Origin: the human T2T-CHM13v2.0 reference genome, Homo sapiens
Length of the DNA stretch: 64,000 nucleotides
Reading direction: 5' to 3' (one strand)
Assembly (NCBI RefSeq): GCF_009914755.1
Contig: NC_060928.1
Both the position numbers and the translations under genes were made by a program. Shown here piece by piece: positions 26,721 to 56,953 of the stretch (its first letter is position 1; each line of letters starts with the position of its first letter). The notes under the pieces were generated by a model, which was not told the origin of the DNA, searched no databases, and worked only from the letters and a program-made list of their open reading frames with translations.

Positions 26721-27667
26721 GCCGCCACACGCACTCTCGCTCCCGCAGCTCCTCTGGTACCCGCCCTCGTACCTGGCGCATCTGGGCCTCGGCGGCGCCG
26801 CCCTCCTGCCTTCGCAGCTGCTCCCGGAAGCGCGCAACCTGCTCCAGCAGCGCGTCCACTAGGGACGGCGCGGCGTCCCCCTCCAGCGCGGCCAGGCGGG
26901 CGCGGAGGCGAGCGATGAGGGCGTCGCGGGCAGCGAGCTGGTCCTGCAGGCGGCGCAGCCGCTGTCCGGCCTCGTGGTACAGGGTGCAGAGCGCGGCAGC
27001 TGCGCGCGGGGCCTCCTCCCAGCCGCCCGACCCCGGGTCCCGGGACATGGCTGTAGGCCCGCCCGGGAGGCCGCGCGGCCGCCGGCAACTTCCGCGCCCG
27101 GGCCCCGCCGGCTGCCGCCCTTCCCGGAACTTTCCCCGGTGCGCCCCGCCCACCCACAACAGCCCGGCCCCGCCCTCCCCCACGCAGCCCCGCCCCCCGC
27201 GCAGCCCCGCCCTTCCCCGCGCAGCCCCGCCCGACGGCAGCCCGCCCAGCCCCTTCTCGCCCGGCCCCACCCCTCCCACCGCCTACAGCCCGGCCCCGCC
27301 CCTGCCGTCCGCACCCGTCCGGGAGAGTTGGCCTGGCCCCCGAGGCTGTCCACACCCCAGCTGGTGCTGGGCTTATTCCAGTGGCCCCAAACATCCGCCT
27401 CTGAGGAGTTGTCGGAGAGTCGAACTCAGCCCAGGAGTTTGGGGATTCATCAGCCTCTGATGGAAAGGAAGGGCTTAACGACAACCCCCAAGCTCTGGAG
27501 CTAAGTGTGGGTCTGAATCTCCCCGCGAGGGTCCAGGCCTTGCGGCCACAGCAGCAACAGAAGCTCCAGGAGCTGAGCTCGCAGCGCACCAAGCACGTGG
27601 CATGTGTTCCGTCACCTGGGGACACTGAGCCCAGAAAGAGCTCCAACCCCCTGCCCCGCACGCCGCT

Positions 27668-27670
<3 letters not shown>
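26690..27670 (-). promoter_or_regulatory. TNIP2: TNIP2 CpG-island promoter: repeated GC boxes (CCCCGCCC, ~27144-27300), ETS site CGGAAGT (27088-27094, minus), GAS TTCCCGGAA (27121-27129), kB-like GGAACTTTCC (27126-27135)
   Basis: Very high GC and CpG density around exon 1; motifs read directly from the sequence. Confidence 0.85.
26773..27048 (-). CDS. TNIP2: TNIP2 (ABIN-2, TNFAIP3-interacting protein 2) exon 1 CDS ([38 protein letters not shown]...AEAQMRQ)
   Basis: ATG in acagccATGt context at 27048; donor CAG|gtacga; exons sum to 92+97+30+83+40+87 = 429 aa, the recalled TNIP2 length. Confidence 0.97.
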
Positions 27671-31275
<3,605 letters not shown>

Positions 31276-31311
31276 GCATTCACTTTCTGTGTTCTGAAAC
31301 TCATCTAGATT

Positions 31312-31791
31312 TGTGCAGGATGGGGCTAGTGCAGCAGGCCTAGTGTGTTCAACCCTGCATGTTCCAAAAAAGGGACTGGCCCTAGACCTTTTGGAATATC
31401 CCACCTGATAAGAGTGTCTTTGCTTATGTGGGGGCCTTGGACCACACCAGCTAGTCTAAGCTAACTAGAGGCCTTGGGTCATGAGCTTGAGCTCTGAAGG
31501 AGCTGGAGACCGAGTAACTCAGGTCAGCCATATGGGCACTCCCCGCCTATGTGATCAACCCCTAACCACAGCTCTGGACACAAAGTCTCAGGTGAGCTTC
31601 CCAGTTTGGCAACACTCCCAGTACTGTTGGGAGAGCGATATCCTGTGGGTACTTGCACCTGGTCTCCCCGCCGGGCCCGCTCTATGTGCCTTATTTTTCC
31701 TTTGCTGATTTTCTTCTGTGTCCTTTTGCTGTAATGAATAACTGTGAGTCCTTCTACTGAATCGTCAAACCTGAGGACTGTCTTGACAACA
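31312..31791 (+). mobile_element. ERVL LTR, MER77-like
   Basis: tgtgcagga...gcagcaggcc...cctgataagagtgtctttg...ctcaggtgagcttccc...gtgagtccttcta.tgaatc...aacctgagg. Confidence 0.6.
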
Positions 31792-32170
31792 GGGCTTTTT
31801 GCAGCAAATGTGTATTTGTGCTAGATGGACTGTTGCTCCCAGCTTTTTACCACCTCCCGCCACGCCCTTTTGCCGTGTGACTTTGGGCACCTGCCCTGGA
31901 GTAGACCAAGTCTGTCCCCACCTGCTCGAGGCTGCATGGCCAGTGGATATCAGCAGAGATCATGCAAGAGAAGGCCTAATGCGAGACACCAGCACCCCAG
32001 AGCAGCAAAGCCCTGGGTAGCTACTAATCCCAGAATGGGTGGGTAGAGTAAACGTGAGCCCCACCCACAGATGAAGCTGCTGAGGCCTGCGTAGTCCGCT
32101 GGCCCTGCTGTTTTCAGACCCATCTGCACCCCTTTCTCCGGCTCACTGTAGACCAGTCATTCTGAAAGAG

Positions 32171-32401
32171 CCCATGAAAAACACCAAGTTCTCTCCTGCC
32201 TCAGGACTTTGTACCTGCTGCTTCAGTGCCTGGAATACTGACTCCTTCCCATGAAAAACACCAAGTTCTCTCCTGCCTCAGGACTTTGTACCTGCTGCTT
32301 CAGTGCCTGGAATACTGACTCCTTCCCATGAAAAACACCAAGTTCTCTCCTGCCTCAGGACTTTGTGCCTGCTGCTTCAGTGCCTGGAATACTCATTCCT
32401 T
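32171..32401. repeat. Tandem repeat, 3 x 77 bp
   Basis: Units start at 32171, 32248 and 32325; copies 1 and 2 are identical, copy 3 has 3 substitutions. Confidence 0.95.
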
Positions 32402-33107
32402 CCATTGTTTGCACAAGCACCGCCAGGGGGTGGGGCTCACAGAGGCGCACTGCGGCAGGAACTGGATGTGGGTGTCAAGGTGGTCACAGAACAGACGGCT
32501 GGGTCAGCTCCCCAAGGAGAAGCCCTGAGCTGCCCAACAGGTCCCTCTTAGGCCCCACACTTCAGAGGCAGGGCTGCCACGCATGCCTCCTGGATCACCT
32601 CTTGGTGTCCCATGGCCCCTGTGGGGCTCCTACCTGGCACATCCTCACCTCCAGGCTCCCCCGGCTCCAACTCAGCAGGGAGGTGGGAGGTTGACGGGAG
32701 CAGGCAGGCATGGGAGGGCTCAGCCGGGGTATGAGGGGTGGGCAGAGTCCCCCCACCTGGCTCACCCTTTCTCTTCCTCTCCTCCTCTGGGCACCTTCTT
32801 TGACTCCCACAGGCTCCTAGCTCAGACCTCTCCACTCTTCCTGGCTTTCTTTCAGGGAGGTCAGGAAAGTCAGGGACCCGTGGATAAAGACCAGGAGAAC
32901 ACAATGTAAGTATCTGGGCAAAGAACCTCCTAGGCAGAGGGCTTGGCGAGTGCAGAGCCCCAGGTACCCGTGCAGGGCCTGATCAAGACCCTTGGAGGAG
33001 TCCAGGGGTGGCTAGAGTGCAGCAAGCAGGGGAGGGACTGGAGTAGCCATAGAAGGGACCAGGACAGACTGAGCCCCAAACGTCCCCCTTGCCTGGCCCA
33101 GCCCATG

Positions 33108-34303
33108 TGTTTCCAGTATTGGTGGGTTCTTGGTCTCACTGACTTCAAGAATGAAGCTGTGGACCCTGGCAATGAGTGTTACAGCTCTTAAAGGCAGCGT
33201 GTCCGGAGTTTGTTCCTTCTGATGTTCAGATGTGTTCGGAGTTTTTTCCTTCTGGTGGGGTTCGTGGTCTCACTGGCTCAGGAGTGAAGCTGCGGACCTT
33301 CGCGGTGAGTGTCACAACTCTTAAGGTGGTGCGTCTGGAGTTGTTCGTTCCTCCCGGTGGGTTCGCGGTCTCACTGGCTTCAAGAGTGAAGCTGCAGACC
33401 TTCAACAAATGAGTGTTACAGCTCGTAAACACGGTGTGGACCCAAAGACTAAAAGAACAAAGCTTCCACAATGTGGTAAGGGTACCCCAGCGGGTTGCCG
33501 CTCCTGGCTCGGGCAGCCTTCTTTTATTCTCTTATCTGGCCCCACCCACATCCTGCTGATTGGTAGAGCCGAGTGGTCTGTTTTCACAGGGTGCTGATTG
33601 GTGTGTTTACAATCCCTGAGCTAGACACAAAGGTTCTTCACGTCCCCGCCAGATTAGCTAGATACATTGTCGATTGGTGCATTCACAAACCCTGAGCTAG
33701 ACACAGGGTGCTGATTGGTGTGTTTACGAACCTTGAGCTAGATACAGAGTACCGATTGGTGAATTTACAATCCCTTAGCTAGACATAAAGGTTCTCCACG
33801 TCCCCACCAGACTCAGGAGCCCAGCTGGCTTCACCCAGTGAATGTGGAGCTGCCTGCCAGTCCCGCACCGTGCACCCGCACTCCTCAGCCCTTGGGTGGT
33901 TGATGGGACTAGGCGCCGTGGAGCGGGGGCGGCGCTCGTCAGGGAGGCTCGGGCTGCACAGGAGCCCACGGAGGAGCGGGGGAGGCTCAGGCATGGCGGG
34001 CTGCAGGTTCCGAGCCCCGCCCCGCGGGAAGGCAGCTAAGGCCCGGCGAGAAATTGAGCACAGCAGCTGCTGGCCCAGGTGCTAAGCCCCTCACTGCCTG
34101 GGGCCGGTGGGGCCGGCTGGCTGCTCCGAGTGCAGGGTCCGCCGAGCCCACGAACCCCACCAGAAGGAAGAAACTCTGAACACGTCCGAACATCAGAAGG
34201 AACAAACTCCAGACACACCGCCTTTAAGAACTGTAACACCGCGAGGGTCCGCGGCTTCATTCCTGAAGTCAGTGAGATCAAGAACCCACCAATTCCGGAC
34301 ACA
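33108..34303 (-). mobile_element. LTR12 (ERV9/LTR12C-like) solo LTR, minus orientation over 33108-~34150, with an inverted second U5 end (~34150-34303, plus)
   Basis: Repeated gctgattggtg (CCAAT/NF-Y) units, cttttattctcttatctggcccc, U5 ends ...aagaacccaccaattccggacaca; flanked by CATG on both sides. Confidence 0.9.
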
Positions 34304-34479
34304 CATGGGGATGCTAGGCCAAAACCCGTAAGAGCCGGCCGGCCTCCAGGAGGGGCAGGGGTCTTCCCCTACACAGGGGTCCCGGCTCAGGGCCGCTGCC
34401 CTTCCCCGCAGCTCCAGTGCCCCGGGACCTTGGGAAATCATCCTGCTCTTTGTCCTGACCTGAGCCAATGCATTTGCCT

Positions 34480-35455
<976 letters not shown>

Positions 35456-36115
35456 TTTTTTTTTTTTTTTTAAACTAGATGTTTCCTTTATTCATTCACA
35501 CACTTAAGTAACATAGACTTATAATTTGTAACAAATAGAACAGAGGTTACACATATAAGACAAAAATCTTGAGTTTGAAAACTTTATTATCTGGCTGTTT
35601 TGTCAACATGATAATTTCATATACAACCACGTAAAAACATCTCTGGTGTTTAGATTTTTCCGTTTATTCTAGCTGTTTCATATTTGTAGACGTAGCCATG
35701 GCATGTACAGAATATGCATAGCAACAGGACTTTCATATAATATAGTACAGTTGGAAAAAAACACTATCTTGCTAGGGAGATATGTCAAGTAGATTCTAGT
35801 TTCCACATTATTTTGATTTTACTGTATTTAACTTTGTATATATTTTACATGTATTAAATGTTTTGATGAAACATTTCAAACTCTATATTAGAAATGTTGG
35901 CAAACATTAGTATCTATAAAATATAATCTGTATATATTGTATAATCTGGATATAAAATATCCAGAAATCTGTCATATTTTTATACCAATTACAATGGTCA
36001 AAGTTGACACTATTCTTAAATATACTTAATGATTATCTGGATTATCTCCATATCTATTTTTGGCCCTCTTTTGCCATCCATACGTGAAGTATAATGATCC
36101 TTATTCTTTATGGCA
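35456..36115 (-). other. AT-rich polyadenylated retro-insert (transcript 3' end / transduced sequence)
   Basis: Poly-A (T 35456-35471) lies 15 nt downstream of AATAAA (35487-35492, minus); base composition is sharply more AT-rich than the flanks. Confidence 0.7.
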
Positions 36116-36723
36116 TTTTTTTTTTTTTTTTGACGGAGTCTGGCTCTGTCACCCAGGCCAGAGTGTGCAGTGGCGGGATCTCGGCTCACTGCAAGCTCCA
36201 CCTCCTGGGTTCACGCTATTCTCCTGCCTCAGCCTCCTGAGTAGCTGGGACTACAGGCGCCCGCCACTACACCCGGCTAATTTTTTGTATTTTTAGTAGA
36301 GACGGGGTTTCAGCACGTTAGCCAGGATGGTCCCGATCTCCTGACCTCGTGATCTGCCCGCCTTGGCCTCCCAAAGTGCTGGGATTACAGGCATGAGCCA
36401 CCGCGCCTGGCCCCTATTTTTATTTTTTGAGACAAGGTCTGGCTTTGTCGCCCACACTGGAGGGAGTGGTGTCATCTCGGCTTACTGCAACCTCTACCTC
36501 CCAGGATCAAGCAATCCTCCCACCTCAGCCTCCTGAGTAGCTGGGACTACAGGTGTGTTCCACGACACCAGGCTAATTTTTGTATTTTTTATAGAGATGG
36601 CGGCGGGGGTGGGGTGCACCTCACTATGTTGCCCAGGCTGGTCTTGAACTCCTGGGCTCAAGTGATCCTCCTGCCTCAGCCTCCTAAAGTGCTGGGATTA
36701 CAGGTGTGAGCCACCGCCTGGCC
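36116..36723 (-). mobile_element. AluY-like (36116-36412) and AluJ-like (~36415-36723)
   Basis: Alu consensus sequence with subfamily-type diagnostics. Confidence 0.9.
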
Positions 36724-37324
36724 TCCGTAATTCTTTTACTTCCTCAATGCTAGGCCTCAGAGAGCATCCCGGCCACCCTATGGGAGAAAACTTTGTTCTG
36801 AATCCCCTTAGCTCAGTCGTCCTGTGCAGCCAGGTCAAGCACAGCTCATGCCTCCTGGACTAGCGGGGTTTGGAGAACTTGCTCCTTTTCCTGGAGGGCC
36901 AAGAGGGATGGCAGTGCTATGGCAGGGGCCAGGGCAGTGTTAACAGGACCTCTGAGCACAGATGCACAGAGGGTCAAGGAGGGAGATTTCTGGGGAAAGA
37001 GCATTCCAGGCCGAGGGAACAGCCCATGGAGAGGCCCAGAGGCAGGGGTGTGTTTGCCAGTGCAGGAAACAAGGAGACTCTTGTGGCTGAAGCAGACGTA
37101 GTGGAGGAGGAGGGACTAGGGCCGAGGTCATGGCGGCTTTGTAGACCACCGTGGGAACTCTGGCTTTTCTTTGGAGCAAAATGGGAGCCTTGTAGGATTC
37201 TTGGGGAGAGGAAATCCAGAAAAGAAGCAATGGTGGTAGCTTGTCCCCAAGCAGTGGTCTTGGAGATGGTGAGAACCCACCAGGTTCTGGGGGGGCTTCT
37301 GAAGTGGAGCGAGGAATTCCTAAT

Positions 37325-37841
37325 AACGACAGAATCAGCATAATCATGACCCCCGCCCCCAGACTTCCACATCCTAATCCCCAGAATTTGTAAATGTGTT
37401 ACCTTCCATGGCAAGGGGGAATAAAGGCAGCAGATGAATTGAAGTTGCTAATCAGTTACCCTTAAAATAGGGAGCTTTCCCTGGGTCAGCAGGTGATCCC
37501 AATGTCATCACAGGGTCCTTCAACGTGGAAGAGGGAGGCGGAAGAGAAGGCCAGAGTAACGCAGTGTGAGAAGGATTTGACCCAGTGTTGCTGACTTTGA
37601 GCCTGGAGGAAGGGGCCACGAGCCAGGGAATGCCGGTGGCCTCTAGGAGGTGGAAACGGCCAAGAATGGATTCTCCCCTAGAGCCCCAGAAAGAATGTGG
37701 CCCTGCCAACACCTTGACTTTAGCTCAGGGAGACCCCTGTCTCAGACTTCTGACCTCCGGAAGTATCAGAGAATAACTCTGTGTTGTTTTAAGCCACTGA
37801 GTTTGAAATAATTTTTTCCTGCAACCACAGGAAACTCATAC
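37325..37841 (+). mobile_element. MaLR solo LTR (MLT1D-like) within L2-like remnants (~36900-38110)
   Basis: cacatcctaatccccagaa.ttgt.aat.tgttaccttccatggca...ggattctcccctagagcc...tgttgttttaagccactgagtttg...ggaaactcataca. Confidence 0.75.
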
Positions 37842-40069
37842 AGACTGGGGTGAGGTAGGGTTAGGGAAAATCAAAGAGGACCTGAAGACCTTGGCCTGAG
37901 CAGTGGGGAGGATGGATCTGCCCTCATCTGGGGCAGGAAGGCTGAGGCTGGGGATGGGGCATTTGAGAGAGCTTGGGACATCGTAAGCAGTGACCTGATT
38001 GGTTTCAGCACCCCCAGGGTCTGGCACAGTGCTGCACAGGGGAGGGCCCTCAGGTGACTGTGGAATAAATGAATGAATGTATGATGCATGCATGAATGAA
38101 TGTTTAGCTGCTCAGTAAATATATGTGGTATGCATGCGTGAGTAAGTGGAAGAGGCTGAGCTGTGACCCCAATATCAGGGGTTGCTGGGGGTGGGGTGCC
38201 AGGAGAGGGTTGGTCACAGCCATACCCCTTGCCTGTCTTCAGACCAGCTCTGGGGGAGCAGCCCAGTGGAGGTGTGGCTGCCCCACCTGCTGCCTTGCCC
38301 CAGCCAGCCCCCTAGCCCAGTCCTGCAGGCCCCTGTCTGCCTGTGATACAGACTATATCCCCGGGAGCCCTTTCACAAACGCCATTTTTCTCCATCTTGC
38401 CCCATTTCCCAATCATAGTTAGGGCCGGGACATCTTCCCAGATGCCCTGGCCCCAGAGAGAGGCTTCTGGAAGCCTTCCTATGGGAGCAGAGGGACCTTA
38501 GGATTTGGACAGCCCTGCCTTGGGCCAAGGAGCCAGCTCTCAGACCCTCGGCCTCTTCCGCGAGCCCCTTAGGAGTGAGGGGTCAGCAGAGCAGGGCTTT
38601 CCCAGCCAGCATCCCAAGGACATGGGAGGAGTGACAACCCAGGGGCACTTGTCGGCCTGGCGTCTCTGACAAACTCCAGTGATGGGTGGGTGTGGCACAC
38701 GGCAGCTGAGGACAGACGAGCACAGCAAGAAGCCCGCACAGCCCCGGAGTGGGAGGGCCTGGCGTGTGGCCTGCAGGCTCTGGTGGCCTTCACAGATCTT
38801 TCCTCTCTGTAGCCTTGATGTTTGCGTCTGTTCAATGAAAATTAGCCACAGCTTACTTTTGTCGTGTATTAAAGACATTTGTAGCAAACACCCATGATAG
38901 CTGGCGTGTGCCATGCTCTCTGCTGCTCCCAGGCCACCTCATCTGGATGAGGGTGATGTGCCCGTACGGTAGAGGTGATGCCACCTATGAGGGTGATGCC
39001 CAGTAGAGCCCTGAGCTGCACAGCCCCTGGGCTAGGAGGTGAGGGTGGCTCTTGGGTCTTTGGTGGCTCCCATTCCTTGTCAGAGCCATTTTCCTCCTCC
39101 CAGAAGCCGTCTTCTGGCCTCCTTCCTGTTCAACCCCAGCCCCTCCACACACCGAGCGGGGTGTCTGTATTTCATCCCCACGGAGCCTTCATCTCAGCTG
39201 CCAGTGAGGGCTCAGGTGCCATCTGAGGCGTCTGCTGATAGCCAAGGTGTTACCACTCAACTCCGGTGTTGGGTGATGGCTACAGCGCAGTCTGCAAATT
39301 AAGATGTTTGATGGTAAAGAGTTACTTATAACAAAGAGGTTTTTGAAGACAGAAACTGCCGAGGAAGACGAACCCCAGGAGAGATGCTCTTGGGGGCGAG
39401 TTACATACCTGGCAGCTCCCGGCAGGCTCCTCCCCAAGTTGAAAAGTCCCTTCAGGTGGGAAGAGCCCAGGGAAAAATGTAGTCCTCACTGAACAGCTGA
39501 GAAACTGGGGCTCAGAAGGAAGGACCAACTGCAGCCTTGGTGGTCCCCAGGATAGAGGGCAGGGCTCCCCATGCCCCCAGACCCAGGCCCTCATATTCCC
39601 CACCAAAGGCTCAGGAATGTGTGGCTCCATGTAGGAGTGTGGGTGAAGGGGAGCTGAACATAAGCAGGATGGCTAGAAACGGGCAGGGAACCAGATCCCC
39701 TCCCCCCACAGCCTCCACCCACAGCTGGGCTTCTGGGCTTCCCCCGCCAGGCCAGACACCAGTGGCTTCTTCCCTGGCGTGGAGCAGACGGAGGGTCTCC
39801 GGATGCGGGGGAATATCAGGCTCAGCGGGGCTGAGGTTTCATGCTGAAGGTGGGAGGATGTGATGCACATTTACATGATGCCAAGACCCCAGCGCCGTCC
39901 CATCCACCCACCCGCAGTGCTCAGAACGCCGGCAGCCAGACCTCTCCCCTCTATGCAGGGTGTCACAGGGTGTCCAGGGAACCTGATCGGCAGATCACAC
40001 GGGCGGTTTCCTGCCAGGTCACTGCTTACCAGTCCTTACTCTCCAGCCTGAGAAGCCAGCCGGGATGAC

Positions 40070-42600
<2,531 letters not shown>

Positions 42601-42958
42601 AAACACACTCATGACTTACATACCGTTTTCCCTTGTTGGTAAGTCAGCGGGATTTGAACTTGTGCCTCGGGATCGACAGATTTCTGTGTAGTACTAGAGC
42701 ATGTCCCTGTTGTCACAGGGCCACCTGGCACCCCCCCAAGTGTGGTATTGACAGGGAAAAGAGCATTTTACCAATTCAGGTCTGTGCATACCGGCAAGGG
42801 AGCACCTCTCAGCAGCCTCCTGCACTGGAGAATGCAGGGAGGGAGCAGGGTTGCTGCTGGGGGCTCCCGTCATGCTGCAGTGGGGGCTGTATGACAGCAC
42901 ACCCCTATCCTGCTAACACCGGGCCAGGTAGAGTGTGCCACTGGGGGATTCTCAATGA

Positions 42959-43259
<301 letters not shown>

Positions 43260-43405
43260 TGATCTTATAATAAGCACACACGTTAATGTGTAGTAATAAA
43301 ATGCTGCTTTTACCTGCCATTATAGATGGTGGTGACACTAAGTTTTATCTTCAATGAGCAAAAATGCTCATTTGTATTTATTTAATTACTAGTGAAGTAG
43401 AACAT

Positions 43406-44115
<710 letters not shown>

Positions 44116-44456
44116 AACATGTTTATTTATTCATTTATTTTTTGAGACAGGGTCTCACTTCATCACCCAGGCTGGAGTGAAGTGTCACCGTTGTAAATCA
44201 TTACAGCCTTGAACTCCTGGGCTCAAGTGATCCTCCTGCTTCAGCCTTCTGAGTAGCTGGGATTATAGGTGGGCACCACTGTGCCCAGCTAACTTATTTT
44301 TATTTTTTAGTAGAGCAGGGGTCTTGCTATGTTGTCCAGGTTGGTTTGAACTCCTGGCCTCAAGCAATCCTCCCACCTCCACCTCCCAAAGTGCTGGGAT
44401 TATAGGTGTGAGCCAGCGTGCCCTGCCAGGGATTGATTGATTGATTGGTTGATTGA

Positions 44457-48054
<3,598 letters not shown>

Positions 48055-48147
48055 TAGCCAGGATGATCTCGATCTCCTGACCTCGTGATCCACCCGTCTC
48101 AGCCTCCCAAAGTGCTGGGATTACAGGCGTGAGCCACCACGCCCGGC

Positions 48148-52700
<4,553 letters not shown>

Positions 52701-53174
52701 TGTGAACGCTGAAAACCTGAGACAGGTCTCAGTTAATTTCGAACGTTTATTTTGCCAAGGTTGAGGATGCATGCCCGTGACACAGCCTCGGGAGGTCTTC
52801 ATGACATGTGCCCAAGGTGGTTGGAGCACAGTTTGGTTTTATGCATTCTAGGGAGACATGAGACATCAATCAACATATACAAGATGAACATTGGTTCCAT
52901 CTGGAAAGGCGGGACAACTGGAAGCAAACCCGGGGAGACTCGAAGCGGGGAGGGGCTTCCAGGTCATACATAGGTAGATAGGAGACAAGTGATCGCATTC
53001 TTTTGAGTGTCTGATGAGCCTCTCCAAAGGAGGCAATCAGAGATGCACTTATGTCAGTGAGCAGAGGGGTGACTTTGAATTTAATAGGAGGCAGATTGGC
53101 CCTAACCAGTTCCCAGCTCAACTTTTCCCTTTAGCTTAGTGATTTGGGGGCCCCAAGATTTATTTTCTTTTCAT
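52701..53174 (-). mobile_element. MER4A LTR (5' LTR of the minus-strand MER4 provirus)
   Basis: Minus-strand start gaaaagaaaataaatcttggggcccccaaatcactaagctaaagggaaaag matches the recalled MER4A consensus. Confidence 0.82.
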
Positions 53175-56715
<3,541 letters not shown>

Positions 56716-56755
56716 CTATTTTTCTTTTCTTTTTCTTTTTTTTTTTTTTTTTTGA

Positions 56756-56953
<198 letters not shown>

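Noticed and set aside
32171-32401. CRISPR-like array
   Set aside because: Head-to-tail repeats with no unique spacers, in a primate genome; a simple VNTR
38945-39015. Repeated TGAGGGTGATG motif ending in CTGA, resembling a C/D-box snoRNA
   Set aside because: No clear terminal stem or rRNA complementarity visible, and it is not in an intron of a recognised host gene
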